46,277 nt of DNA from Simkaniaceae bacterium. GTDB lineage: Bacteria; Chlamydiota; Chlamydiia; Chlamydiales; JAJFMI01. The stretch covers positions 270-46,546 of the forward strand of contig JBBDIZ010000007.1 of NCBI GenBank assembly GCA_040880145.1, given 5' to 3'. This document shows positions 17,634 through 28,094 of this stretch, in pieces. Positions within the stretch are counted from its first letter, which is position 1. Every line of letters begins with the position of its first letter. The position numbers were made by a program, and so were the translations under genes. A model generated the notes under the pieces. That model saw nothing but the letters and a program-made list of their open reading frames with translations. It searched no databases and was not told where the DNA came from.

Positions 17634-18457
17634 AAATTTGGTTAACAGGTCGCGGGGGCATGCTGGGACGTGCTTTTGAAAGAATTTTTATCGATCGGAA
17701 TATCGACTATTTTGCCACCTCAAGCCGTGATCTCGATATTACAGACCGCTCTGCTTGCGAGAGTGTAGGCAAGCCCTTCACTCACTTGATTAATTGCGCA
17801 GCATATACTGCTGTTGACAAGGCAGAAGATGAAAAGAATCAAGCATTCGCCGTAAATGTCAGGGGAGTTCAAAATCTTCAAAGAATCGCTTCGATCAATC
17901 AGGCAAAATTGGTTCATTTTTCAACGGACTATGTCTTCGATGGCAATACCGCTTTAGGGTACAACGAGGACGATTTCACTTTTCCATTATCGGTATATGG
18001 TCGGACAAAATTATTAGGTGAAAGCCTTCTTTTGTCTAAAGATCCCAATGCTTTGATCATTCGAACCTCGTGGCTTTTTGGGGAGGGAAAGAATTTTGTC
18101 AGTACAATGAAAAGCATCTTTAAAGAGAAAGAAGAGGTAAAAGTAATCGATGATGTAAGGGGTCGGCCAACTTATGCAAGGGATCTCGCTAACGCTGCCC
18201 TTGATCTTTTGGAGTTTAAGGGGATTTATCATTTTGCAAACCGGGAGGAGGTCAGTTGGTTTGAATTTGCAAAAGAAATCTATCCATTGATTAAGGAGAA
18301 AAGATGCGTTAACCTATCTCCAATAAGCCACAAAAACTATTTTTCAAAGGCGGTCAGGCCTCGCTGTTCGATTCTTCGTACAGAGAAAGTAGAGAAGGTC
18401 CTATCCCGCCCTATTCGTTCATGGAAGGAGGCCCTTTTTGAATATCTTCGAGAGTAA
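17630..18457 (+). CDS. rfbD: dTDP-4-dehydrorhamnose reductase
   Basis: GRGGMLG, NCAAYTAVDKAE, STDYVFDG, YGRTK. Confidence 0.93.
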   Translation: MKIWLTGRGGMLGRAFERIFIDRNIDYFATSSRDLDITDRSACESVGKPFTHLINCAAYTAVDKAEDEKNQAFAVNVRGVQNLQRIASINQAKLVHFSTDYVFDGNTALGYNEDDFTFPLSVYGRTKLLGESLLLSKDPNALIIRTSWLFGEGKNFVSTMKSIFKEKEEVKVIDDVRGRPTYARDLANAALDLLEFKGIYHFANREEVSWFEFAKEIYPLIKEKRCVNLSPISHKNYFSKAVRPRCSILRTEKVEKVLSRPIRSWKEALFEYLRE

Positions 18458-19436
18458 TATTTTGGTCACAGGTGGTCTTGGCTTTATGGGGTCAAGCTTC
18501 ATCCGCTGTTTGCTTCAGGATCTTAGATTCCAAGGCAGTATCTACAACCTCGACGCCCTCACTTATGCTGCAAATTTTATGAATTTAGGGACCTTTTCAG
18601 ATGATCCTCGCTACCGCTTTATTGAAGGAAATATTTTAGACAAGGTTCTTTTGCAACGGTTGCACTCTCAACACAATTTTCACTTCATTGTTCATTTTGC
18701 AGCAGAAACTCATGTCGATCGAAGTATTGCCTCCCCGCGTACCTTCCTAGAGACGAATATATTGGGTACTTTTGAGCTTTTGCAACTTGTTAGAGAAAAC
18801 CCCGGGTTGCATTTTCATCATGTCTCAACAGATGAAGTTTATGGCGCTCTTGGGTCCGATGGAGCCTTTCATGAAAAAAGCCCTTATTTACCCAATTCTC
18901 CCTACTCAGCTTCTAAAGCTGCAAGTGATCATTTAGTGCGTAGTTATGTGCAGACTTACGGCATTTGTGCAACGGTTTCACATGCATGCAATAATTATGG
19001 ACCGGGTCAATATCCTGAAAAGTTGATTCCTTTAATGATTGAGAGGGCGTCAAGAGGGGCGCAGCTGCCTATTTACGGAGAAGGCAGGGAAATTAGGGAG
19101 TGGCTATATGTCGATGATCACTCCTGTGCGCTTATTCACATTTTAGAGAAGGGGTTATCGGGAGAGGTTTACAACATCAGCGGAGAAAAGGAAATTACTA
19201 ATATTGAACTTGTGCGTTATCTTTTGAAAAAAATGGCCTCATTTCTTAAGCAGCCCTATTCAACGTTTGAAAGCTTGATCACCTTTGTTGAAAATCGTCC
19301 GGGGCATGATTATCGTTATGCACTTTCTTCTAAAAAAATGAGAGAGCTTGGGTGGGCTTCTTCCGTTTCACTGGATGAGGGGTTAGAGCGCACAATCTGC
19401 TGGTATCTAAACCCGGTTGATATTAAAATTGTGTGA
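18438..19436 (+). CDS. rfbB: dTDP-glucose 4,6-dehydratase
   Basis: GGLGFMGS, HFAAETHVDRSI, STDEVYG, YSASK, RPGHDYRY. Confidence 0.95.
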   Translation: MNIFESNILVTGGLGFMGSSFIRCLLQDLRFQGSIYNLDALTYAANFMNLGTFSDDPRYRFIEGNILDKVLLQRLHSQHNFHFIVHFAAETHVDRSIASPRTFLETNILGTFELLQLVRENPGLHFHHVSTDEVYGALGSDGAFHEKSPYLPNSPYSASKAASDHLVRSYVQTYGICATVSHACNNYGPGQYPEKLIPLMIERASRGAQLPIYGEGREIREWLYVDDHSCALIHILEKGLSGEVYNISGEKEITNIELVRYLLKKMASFLKQPYSTFESLITFVENRPGHDYRYALSSKKMRELGWASSVSLDEGLERTICWYLNPVDIKIV

Positions 19437-20147
19437 ATGAAAGACGTTTGTTGCATCATTCCGGCTCGTTTAGATTCAAAACGATTCCCTAAAAAAATAA
19501 TGGCGGATTTACTTGGAAAATCTTTGCTTGAAAGGGTCTATCTTGCCGCTAAGTCGTGTCCATTTGAAGAGTTATGGGTTGCAGTTGACAGTCAAGAAAT
19601 CTTTGATCTCGCTCGCTCATTTGGTGCCAATGCGGTGATGACATCAAAAACAGCAAAGAGCGGAACCGATCGCATTGGAGAAGTGGTTAAGCGGCTCGAT
19701 ATTAAGCAAAAAATTATTGTAAATTGGCAGTGCGATGAACCCTTTATCCATAAAAAAATGATTGAGGATCTTCTAAGCGGCGAGGGGGATGTCTGGACTT
19801 TAAAAAAGAAAATTGAAGACCAAAAAGAGATTTTATCCCCTCATACTGTGAAAGTTGTCACCGATTTAAAGGGAAATGCGCTCTATTTTTCAAGATCCCC
19901 GATACCTCATCATGCTGACACCTATTATAAGCACATTGGGCTTTATGCCTATCGAGCCGATGTCTTAGCTCAAATTACAACTTGGGCACCTACGCCTCTT
20001 GAGAAGACGGAGTCTTTGGAGCAGCTTCGTTTCTTAGAAAATGGGCTTGTTATCCGTGTGAATAAAACAAAATTTGAATCTATTGGGATCGATACGATAG
20101 AGGATCTAAAGCGAGCGCAAAAGCGATTAGTTGACAACCTTCAGTAA
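19437..20147 (+). CDS. kdsB: CMP-Kdo synthetase
   Basis: [40 protein letters not shown]. Confidence 0.95.
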   Translation: MKDVCCIIPARLDSKRFPKKIMADLLGKSLLERVYLAAKSCPFEELWVAVDSQEIFDLARSFGANAVMTSKTAKSGTDRIGEVVKRLDIKQKIIVNWQCDEPFIHKKMIEDLLSGEGDVWTLKKKIEDQKEILSPHTVKVVTDLKGNALYFSRSPIPHHADTYYKHIGLYAYRADVLAQITTWAPTPLEKTESLEQLRFLENGLVIRVNKTKFESIGIDTIEDLKRAQKRLVDNLQ

Positions 20148-20181
20148 AGAGGGTAAAATTTCCCCAAAAAAGCGTAAGAAT

Positions 20182-21600
20182 ATGACTTCAAATGAGTATA
20201 AATATGGTTTTGTGACTGATATTGAGTCCGAAACTTTCGAAAAAGGGCTTAATGAAGAGGTTATTCGTGCGATTTCTAAAAAGAAAAATGAGCCGGAATT
20301 TTTATTAAAATTTCGTTTAAAAGCCTACAAGTCTTTTCTTGAAATGAAGGAGCCTAACTGGGCTCATTTGAATATCGCTCCTATCGATTATCAAAAAATA
20401 AGTTATTACTCGGAGCCAAAAAAAAAACCACAACTTGATAGTTTAGACGAGGTCGATCCTGCTCTACTTGAGACCTTTGATCGCTTGGGCATTCCTTTAG
20501 ATGAACAAAAGCGGCTCTCAAATGTGGCTATGGATGTTGTCTTTGACTCGGTTTCGATCGGAACAACTTTTCGTAAAACTCTAAAAGAGGCGGGCGTTGT
20601 TCTTTGTTCAATCTCAGAAGCCGTTCACCTTTACCCTGACCTTATTGAGCGCTATTTAGGTTCAGTTGTCCCTATGAAGGATAATTTTTTTGCCAGTCTG
20701 AATTCTGCTGTTTTTTCGGATGGCTCTTTTGTCTACGTCCCAAAGGGGGTGCGCTCTCCGATTGAGCTTTCCACCTATTTCCGAATTAATGAAAAGGAGA
20801 CAGGACAGTTTGAGCGGACGTTGATTATTGCAGAAGAGGATTCCTACGTAAGTTATTTGGAAGGATGTACCGCACCTGCGTATGATACAAATCAACTGCA
20901 TGCCGCAGTGGTAGAGCTTGTAGCATGTGATCGCGCAGAGATTAAATATTCGACAGTCCAAAATTGGTATGCCGGCGACCCTGAAACGGGCAAGGGCGGT
21001 ATTTATAATTTTGTTACAAAAAGAGGGCTCTGCAAAGGCTTTCGATCCAAAATTTCATGGACTCAGGTCGAGGCCGGAGCTGCGATCACATGGAAGTATC
21101 CAAGTTGTCTATTAAGGGGGGATGAATCCGTTGGAGAATTTTACTCTGTGGCGCTTACAAATGGCTATATGCAAGCGGATACGGGGACAAAAATGATCCA
21201 CACCGGGAAAAAAACGACATCGACAATCATTTCCAAAGGAATCTCTGCCGACCACTCCCACAACACCTATCGGGGTCTTGTTCATATGGGAAAAAATGCG
21301 AAAGGCTCGCGCAATTATACTCAATGCGACTCGATGCTTGTTGGGCAAAAGTGCAGCGCGAATACGTTTCCCTCTATTGAAGTTCAAAACCCAAGTTCCG
21401 CTGTTGAGCATGAAGCTTCGACCTCTAAGATGAATGAGGACCAACTTTTTTATTTAATGGCGCGGGGGTTTTCTCAGGAGGATGCCATCAATCTCATTGT
21501 GAATGGCTTTTGTAAAAAGGTCTTTCAAAAATTGCCTTTTGAATTCGCGGCTGAAGCAGAAAAGCTTTTAACAATTAAACTGGAACACTCTGTAGGATAA
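20182..21600 (+). CDS. sufB: Fe-S cluster assembly protein SufB
   Basis: [40 protein letters not shown]. Confidence 0.97.
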   Translation: MTSNEYKYGFVTDIESETFEKGLNEEVIRAISKKKNEPEFLLKFRLKAYKSFLEMKEPNWAHLNIAPIDYQKISYYSEPKKKPQLDSLDEVDPALLETFDRLGIPLDEQKRLSNVAMDVVFDSVSIGTTFRKTLKEAGVVLCSISEAVHLYPDLIERYLGSVVPMKDNFFASLNSAVFSDGSFVYVPKGVRSPIELSTYFRINEKETGQFERTLIIAEEDSYVSYLEGCTAPAYDTNQLHAAVVELVACDRAEIKYSTVQNWYAGDPETGKGGIYNFVTKRGLCKGFRSKISWTQVEAGAAITWKYPSCLLRGDESVGEFYSVALTNGYMQADTGTKMIHTGKKTTSTIISKGISADHSHNTYRGLVHMGKNAKGSRNYTQCDSMLVGQKCSANTFPSIEVQNPSSAVEHEASTSKMNEDQLFYLMARGFSQEDAINLIVNGFCKKVFQKLPFEFAAEAEKLLTIKLEHSVG

Positions 21601-21603
21601 ATT

Positions 21604-22344
21604 ATGCTTAAGATCATTGATCTTCATGCCTCTGTTGAAGGGCAATCGATATTAAAGGGGTTAAATCTCACAGTAAATAAGGGTGAAATCCATGCGATTA
21701 TGGGGCCCAATGGAGCCGGAAAATCGACCCTCGCTCGAATCTTAGCAGGAGATTCCAATTATTCAATAACGAAGGGAAGCTTGTTTTTTGAGGAGAAGGA
21801 TCTTCTTGAAATGGATGTAGAAGAGCGCTCGCATGCGGGTCTGTTTTTGGGATTTCAGTATCCGGTTGAAATACCCGGCGTTTCAAATCTTGAATTTTTA
21901 CATGCAGCTAAAAATGCCCACCTAAAAGCAAAAGGAAAAGAGCCTCTTTCTTTTAAAGACTTCGAGCCAATCATTCAATCTTTAATCTTTGAGAGAGGCT
22001 ATCGAAAGGATCTTCTTTCAAGAGATCTTAATAGCGGATTTTCAGGTGGTGAAAAAAAACAAAATGAGATTTTACAGCTTTCATTAATTGATCCTAAGCT
22101 TGCTATATTAGATGAAACCGATTCAGGTCTTGATATCGATGCTCTTAAAATTGTTGCCGAAGGGGTCAATCGTTTCCAAACGGATGAAAAAGGGCTTATC
22201 ATCATTACTCACTATCAGAGACTTCTTAAACTTATTCAGCCTGACTTTGTTCATGTGATGAGAGAAGGCCGGATTGTTGAGAGCGGTGATAAATCATTGG
22301 CTCTTCGTTTAGAAGAAAGAGGTTATGCCGATGCAGGCCTTTAA
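21604..22344 (+). CDS. sufC: Fe-S cluster assembly ATPase SufC
   Basis: GPNGAGKST, FQYPVEIPGV, FSGGEKK, LDETDSGLDIDAL. Confidence 0.97.
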   Translation: MLKIIDLHASVEGQSILKGLNLTVNKGEIHAIMGPNGAGKSTLARILAGDSNYSITKGSLFFEEKDLLEMDVEERSHAGLFLGFQYPVEIPGVSNLEFLHAAKNAHLKAKGKEPLSFKDFEPIIQSLIFERGYRKDLLSRDLNSGFSGGEKKQNEILQLSLIDPKLAILDETDSGLDIDALKIVAEGVNRFQTDEKGLIIITHYQRLLKLIQPDFVHVMREGRIVESGDKSLALRLEERGYADAGL

Positions 22345-23485
22345 AGAGCACGTGGAAGCGGCTATTCAGGGAAAAAAGCTCAATGCTTTACAAGAGCTAA
22401 GTTTTAAGACTTATAAAAAACTTCCTGAGCCTTCAAAAAAATCTGAAGCCTTTCGCTACTTTCCGCTCAACGCCTTATCAAAACAGCTTTATCCTAGAGA
22501 AAATCAGCCTTTTTTAAAAACATCTTTTTTAGGCTTTGAAAGCTCCATACTCTCAATAAATGAAGCGTCTCAAAAATTTCATTCTTTATTGGTCAATCGC
22601 CTATCTCAGCAGCTTCCTAAGGAAAAAAATCCCTTTGCTCTTTTAACACATTGTTTGGCAGAGGATGGCCTCTTTCTTTACTTGTCACCTGGGGAGAAAA
22701 TAAAAGAACCTCTTCTAATAGAAAGCAATCTTGTAGAAGCTATGGGCTTTTCAAAGGTCTATCTTTTTTTAGGTGAAGGAGCAGAGCTCTCCTGCCAATT
22801 GAAAATGAAAGAGAACAAGGGGTTCCACTCGATAGTATTTGATTGTCAGCTCGATCAAAATGCCCGTTTAAATTTTACTTCTGATTTTCAAGACAATCGC
22901 GGCGTTTTTTTCGAGTCTTTTCGCGCTGCACTTTCATCAAATGCAACTCTTTCCCACGTCAGTTTATCAAACGGTGCCGAGGCTTATCATCAAGATATTG
23001 AGGTTCAACTTTTAGAGGAAAAGGCGCATGTCGATTTAAGGGGTTTGGCGGCTTTAAAAGGTAAAGCTGAAAATCATATAAGCGTAAAAGTGCATCATAA
23101 GGCTTACATGACCACTTCGCACCAACACTACAAAGCGCTTGTCGATGATGAAGCAACAAGTTGTTTTGATGGAAAAATTTTTGTAACACCTGAAGCTCTA
23201 TTAACAGATGCCTATCAGCTTTCTAATCACCTCCTTTTAAGTGATCGAGCGAGAGGGTTTAGCAAGCCCGGCCTTGAAATATTAGCAGATGACGTAAAAG
23301 CATCCCACGGTGCAACGACCGGGCAGATCGATGAGGCTGCTCTACTTTATCTTATGGCAAGAGGGCTCTCACAAGATGTGGCAAGGCATTTTTTAATCCA
23401 GGCTTTTTGCTCGGGACATCTTGAGAAAAGCGTTTGTCCAAATCGTATGGCCTCTTTCATTGAAGGGTGGAGGTCTAAAAAGTGA
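22325..23485 (+). CDS. sufD: Fe-S cluster assembly protein SufD
   Basis: FDGKIFV, PGLEILADDVKASHGAT.G, LYLMARG; position in the operon. Confidence 0.92.
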   Translation: MPMQAFKEHVEAAIQGKKLNALQELSFKTYKKLPEPSKKSEAFRYFPLNALSKQLYPRENQPFLKTSFLGFESSILSINEASQKFHSLLVNRLSQQLPKEKNPFALLTHCLAEDGLFLYLSPGEKIKEPLLIESNLVEAMGFSKVYLFLGEGAELSCQLKMKENKGFHSIVFDCQLDQNARLNFTSDFQDNRGVFFESFRAALSSNATLSHVSLSNGAEAYHQDIEVQLLEEKAHVDLRGLAALKGKAENHISVKVHHKAYMTTSHQHYKALVDDEATSCFDGKIFVTPEALLTDAYQLSNHLLLSDRARGFSKPGLEILADDVKASHGATTGQIDEAALLYLMARGLSQDVARHFLIQAFCSGHLEKSVCPNRMASFIEGWRSKK

Positions 23486-24705
23486 ACCAATATCGTCGTG
23501 ATTTTCCTATGCTTAAAAAAAATATGAATGGAAAGTCCCTCATTTATTTTGATTCTGCAGCAACCACTCAAAAACCACATGCGGTTATCGATACGTTAAC
23601 CCAGTTTTATACTCATGAGTATGCGACGGTTCATCGAGCAGTTTATGAAATCGCTGCAAAAGCTACTGAGCGCTATTCAGCAGTTCGCCGGAAGATCCAA
23701 AAATTCATTAACTCAGAAAGAGAAGAGGAAATTATCTTCACAAGAGGAACGACAGATGCCATCAATATGGTAGCTCGGATTCTTGGAGAAAATACTTTTG
23801 AAGAGGGGGATGAAATCATCATTTCAACAATGGAGCATCACTCAAATATTGTCCCTTGGCAACTCTTAGCCAGTCGAAAAGGACTTCGATTGAAATGGAT
23901 TCCGATTACAGATAAAGGAGAACTTGACCTCGATGTTTTTGAGCACCTTCTTTCCAATCGCACAAAGTTGATCTCCGTTGCCCATGTTGCGAATTCAACA
24001 GGAACAGTGAATCCGATCGAAACAATCATTGAAATGGGTAAAAAAAGGGGAGCTCTTATCTTTATCGATGGAGCGCAAGCTGCAGGACATATGCCATTAA
24101 ATGTAAAAGAGCTTGGAGCCGATTTTTACGCCTTTTCAGGCCACAAAATCTATGGGCCAACAGGTGTCGGAGTTCTTTTTGGCCGCTATGAGCTGCTCGA
24201 CAAGCTTCCTCCTTATCAAGGAGGGGGAGACATGATCGATCGCGTCTCTGTTGAAGGAACTTCCTTTCAGCCCCCGCCGCTAAAATTTGAAGCGGGAACC
24301 CCCATGATTGCTCAAGTTGTGGGACTTGGAGCCGCTATCGATTATTTAGAAGCGATTGGCATGGAAAAAATTCACGATTATGAGCAAGCCTTACTGCGTA
24401 CTTTTACGCAGAAATTGAAAGAGGTAAAAGGAATCGACATTATTGGGGAGGCTCCAAAAAAAGGAGCGATTGTCAGCTTTACAATCGATGGACTTCATGC
24501 TTTGGATATCGGGACGATTATGAGCCTTAAGGGGATTGCAATGCGAACCGGACACCTTTGCGCTCAACCTCTTTTAAAACATTTTGAACTCTCATCATTG
24601 GCGCGCATTTCTTTTGGAATTTACAATAACTTTGAAGAGATTGAAACTTTCATACAGGTATTAGAAGAGGCGAGACTTCTTCTACAGCCTCAGCTCTCTT
24701 TTTAA
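23482..24705 (+). CDS. sufS: Cysteine desulfurase SufS
   Basis: YFDSAATTQKP, EHHSN, FSGHK, RTGHLCAQP. Confidence 0.96.
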   Translation: MNQYRRDFPMLKKNMNGKSLIYFDSAATTQKPHAVIDTLTQFYTHEYATVHRAVYEIAAKATERYSAVRRKIQKFINSEREEEIIFTRGTTDAINMVARILGENTFEEGDEIIISTMEHHSNIVPWQLLASRKGLRLKWIPITDKGELDLDVFEHLLSNRTKLISVAHVANSTGTVNPIETIIEMGKKRGALIFIDGAQAAGHMPLNVKELGADFYAFSGHKIYGPTGVGVLFGRYELLDKLPPYQGGGDMIDRVSVEGTSFQPPPLKFEAGTPMIAQVVGLGAAIDYLEAIGMEKIHDYEQALLRTFTQKLKEVKGIDIIGEAPKKGAIVSFTIDGLHALDIGTIMSLKGIAMRTGHLCAQPLLKHFELSSLARISFGIYNNFEEIETFIQVLEEARLLLQPQLSF

Positions 24706-24770
24706 CACGACTTCTCCTTGCAAAATTATCGGTCCTTACTTTAGAGTGAAAACTCTGGTAAGGTCTAATT

Positions 24771-25802
24771 ATGTTAAAAAAACTTTTCACTTTTTTCTTT
24801 GTTCCCTTTTTCATTTTTGCAGCTGAAGAAGTCGGGGTCTCTTGTTTACCTGACGAGTGCCTATTTCCAAGTGCGGGTCCTAGAGTTTGTAATGGAGCGA
24901 ATTATTTTATTACGGCTGACTATCTTTACTGGACAGCTAGAGAAGAAGGCTTGAGTTTTGCCACAACAGGAGTCAAAAATAATCTTCCGGAAAATCCGGA
25001 TGAAGGGCGCGTTTATAAACCAAGATTTCGATACGATAGTGGATTTAAATTTGGCTTAGGAGCCAGTCTTCCTCATGATGGATGGGACTTATTTGCCGAA
25101 TACACCTGGTTCCATGGCGGGGCAGGAAGACAAAAGGTTTCAACCGATAGAATTTTCCCAACCATGCAAAGGCTCTGGTTTACAGGTGGAGATCTCTCTC
25201 TTTTTTTTCTTCCAAGGGAGGCAGATGGCAGGTTCCATCTCCAGTTTAATGTAGTGGATTTGAGCTTAGGGCGCAATTTTTTTACGAGTAAGTATTTTTC
25301 AATGCGACCCCATATTGGCTTTAAGGGAACGTGGCAAAATCAAGATTTGCTGATTCGCTATATAACGATCGATAATGCATTGATTGAGCGAAATGAGCGC
25401 ATCCATGTCCAGCAGTTTTTTTGGGGAGTGGGAATGCGAGGGGGCGTCGATTTTACGTTCCATTTCAATCCCTATTGGGCCTTTTTTGGAAGAGGATCTC
25501 TATCAGGACTTTGGGGGCGTTTTGAATCAGAGAGGCGCGATCGTCAGTTTGAAAATGATTTGCAGCAAGTTATGCTTGACAATGTCAACGATTTTCACTC
25601 CCTCAAACCAGTATTGGAATTGATGACAGGTCTTCGAGCAGACCTTTGGTTTTGTGATTATCAGTATCATTTGGGACTAGAAGTGGGATTTGAACAACAA
25701 ATTTGGTGGAGTCAAGGGATGTTTTACCGCTTTATAGAGGGAGAGGCGCATGGCAGCTTAACTCTCCAGGGATTGACTGTGAAACTTCGATTTGATTTTT
25801 GA
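24771..25802 (+). CDS. MOMP-like beta-barrel outer membrane protein (Lpg1974/Legionella OMP-type), copy 1
   Basis: Signal peptide, TADYLYW, DGWD...YTW, D..LGRNFF, EQQIW, terminal LRFDF. Confidence 0.85.
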   Translation: MLKKLFTFFFVPFFIFAAEEVGVSCLPDECLFPSAGPRVCNGANYFITADYLYWTAREEGLSFATTGVKNNLPENPDEGRVYKPRFRYDSGFKFGLGASLPHDGWDLFAEYTWFHGGAGRQKVSTDRIFPTMQRLWFTGGDLSLFFLPREADGRFHLQFNVVDLSLGRNFFTSKYFSMRPHIGFKGTWQNQDLLIRYITIDNALIERNERIHVQQFFWGVGMRGGVDFTFHFNPYWAFFGRGSLSGLWGRFESERRDRQFENDLQQVMLDNVNDFHSLKPVLELMTGLRADLWFCDYQYHLGLEVGFEQQIWWSQGMFYRFIEGEAHGSLTLQGLTVKLRFDF

Positions 25803-25808
25803 GGCACT

Positions 25809-26843
25809 ATGAAAAAGATTCTCCTTTCGACTTTTTTCTTAAGCATTCAAGCGCTCTATGCAGTGGCGCCTTCCTGTATCGAGGTCTTTCCTGATGCCTC
25901 TCCTTGCCTGGTTTGCCCATGGGGGGTTCATTTAAATGGAGATTTTATCTATTGGACAGCTCGCCAAGAGGGGCTCGGCTACGTCTATTCTCAAACAAGA
26001 AATCCCTTTAATAATATAGAGATCGATACCAAGGGAAGTGTGAAGCACAATGACTTCAATTTCGACCCTGGATTTCGCATTGGGTTTGGCTTTGATATCA
26101 GACAGGATGATTGGGATGTAAGCCTAACTTATACTTGGCTCCACACGGGAAGCCAAACAGATCAAATTCGTTCAAGAGATTTAGATCATTCAGAGACGGC
26201 CCCGCTATTTCTCTTTCAAAATACAACTCCAAGTAGTTTGGCTTTAGAAGCGTCAACGGCATGGGCCTTAAAATTCAATGTCATCGATCTTTATATGGGA
26301 CGCAATTTTTTTTTAAGTGAAACGCTTTCAGTAAAACCTTTTTTTGGTCTTAAGGCAAGCATTCAACACCAAGATCTGAAGCAGCATCTAAGCGCAGTAA
26401 TTCCCATTATTCAAGAATTTTCTTTCGAATCAGATGAAGACTTTCGCTATTTTGGATTAGGAATTCGAAGTGGATTCGATTCAGCTTGGGAACTTGGGAA
26501 ACAATTTAGCCTAGTTTGCAGCGGATCGCTTTCAGCTCTTTATGGAGATTATGAAATCTCAAGAAAGGATCGATCAACTGATTTGCAAATTCCGAGCCCT
26601 CAAGAAGAGGTGGATCTTTATACAAACAACCATTTTCATAAGATCAATGGTGTTTTTGAGCTCTTCCTTGGAGTTAGATGGGAAAAACATTTTGGAGAAA
26701 AGCATTACTATTTCAAAACAGATTTTGGTTTTGAGCAACAAATATGGATGAACCAAAATCAGTTTTTATTCCTTTACGAGGAAGGTTCTCATGGTGATTT
26801 GATTTTGCAAGGGTTTACAATGAAAATTAGGCTGGATTTTTAA
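25809..26843 (+). CDS. MOMP-like outer membrane protein, copy 2
   Basis: GDFIYW, FDPGFR, GRNFF, EQQIW, terminal IRLDF. Confidence 0.85.
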   Translation: MKKILLSTFFLSIQALYAVAPSCIEVFPDASPCLVCPWGVHLNGDFIYWTARQEGLGYVYSQTRNPFNNIEIDTKGSVKHNDFNFDPGFRIGFGFDIRQDDWDVSLTYTWLHTGSQTDQIRSRDLDHSETAPLFLFQNTTPSSLALEASTAWALKFNVIDLYMGRNFFLSETLSVKPFFGLKASIQHQDLKQHLSAVIPIIQEFSFESDEDFRYFGLGIRSGFDSAWELGKQFSLVCSGSLSALYGDYEISRKDRSTDLQIPSPQEEVDLYTNNHFHKINGVFELFLGVRWEKHFGEKHYYFKTDFGFEQQIWMNQNQFLFLYEEGSHGDLILQGFTMKIRLDF

Positions 26844-27935
26844 GTGAGATTTTGTTTTTTCATCATGTTTTTACCGATGCTTTGCTTTTGCAATCCAAGA
26901 AAAAACGAAGTGATTGCCCCCGCCGGTCGAATCGATGAATACCAAGAAGATGCCTATTGCCGGTTAGCCCCTTCTGCCGGACCTGGAGTGTCCTGTGGGT
27001 GGGATGCTTTTGTGACAGCAGATTTTATTTATTGGACGGCGCGCTATGATGGACTTTCCTATACAGCTTCTGCGTTTCGAAGTGAATATTTAGATCTCAA
27101 TCCGAAAAGAGGAGGAGTTTTCCACTCAAATTTTGGCTTCGATCCCGGCTTTAAGGCAGGTTTGGGGTTTTTATTTGATCACGATGGATGGGACCTAAAT
27201 CTTCAATATACCTGGCTTTTTACTCGGGAGTATTTCGATCAAAAAACGCATCCTGAATTTGAAACTTCGACATTTAGACCCACTTGGTTTGATCTCTCTG
27301 CAACCCCCAATCTCTTGCCCGATGAGCCTCCGCTGACCTCTGCAAAATCTCGTTATCGCTTCCATTTTCAGTCTTTTGATTGGGAATTAGGGCGCTCGTT
27401 TTTTTTAAGTCCGTTTTTATCCATACGGCCGAGTGTAGGAATGAAAGGCTCTTGGCAAGAGCTCGATTTTACGATTCGTTACCGCCAAGTCGAGTCTGTA
27501 GATACAATCGGTCAGTGGCGTATTCTATTTGATCAAAATTTTTGGGGCTTTGGACCCCGCCTTGGATTTCAATCGAGTTGGTATCTTTCTAAGCACTGGA
27601 GCTTATCTGCAAATTTTGCAGCAGCCTCTCTTTGGAGTCAATTTAGAGTGAAAAGAAATGACAAGCAAGCCAATATTGCAGATCCCGATACGCCTTCTAT
27701 TCGACTCATGAAAACAAAAAATCAGTTTCATATTGTGAAGCCTGTTATTGAAATGCTTGTGGGCATCCGTTACGAGACTTGGTTTAAATCTTTGCGCTAT
27801 CATTACTCTTTCGAAGCGGGATTTGAACAACAATATTGGTTTCAACAGAACCAACTTTTTAGTACTTTTGAAGAATCAGACCATGGTGATTTGCAATTAA
27901 TGGGCCTAACTTTGAAACTTCGCTTTGATTTCTAA
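26844..27935 (+). CDS. MOMP-like outer membrane protein, copy 3
   Basis: TADFIYW, FDPGFK, HDGWD, EQQYW, terminal LRFDF. Confidence 0.85.
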   Translation: MRFCFFIMFLPMLCFCNPRKNEVIAPAGRIDEYQEDAYCRLAPSAGPGVSCGWDAFVTADFIYWTARYDGLSYTASAFRSEYLDLNPKRGGVFHSNFGFDPGFKAGLGFLFDHDGWDLNLQYTWLFTREYFDQKTHPEFETSTFRPTWFDLSATPNLLPDEPPLTSAKSRYRFHFQSFDWELGRSFFLSPFLSIRPSVGMKGSWQELDFTIRYRQVESVDTIGQWRILFDQNFWGFGPRLGFQSSWYLSKHWSLSANFAAASLWSQFRVKRNDKQANIADPDTPSIRLMKTKNQFHIVKPVIEMLVGIRYETWFKSLRYHYSFEAGFEQQYWFQQNQLFSTFEESDHGDLQLMGLTLKLRFDF

Positions 27936-28021
27936 ACCTCGTTCAGATATAAGTATGAACAGGAAAAAAAACAGAGTCAACTTGCTTCTTTTGGTTTTTT
28001 TTAAAAGAACTGAAAAAGAGT

Positions 28022-28050
28022 TTGACATTATATTTTTATTGAGTTACTTA
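28022..28050 (+). promoter_or_regulatory. Putative promoter of porin copy 4
   Basis: TTGACA at 28022-27; weak -10 candidate (TACTTA) 17 nt downstream in an AT-rich gap. Confidence 0.4.
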
Positions 28051-28094
28051 TTTATATAAATAGCCAATTTAACCAAAAAAAAGGGATGGACAAC

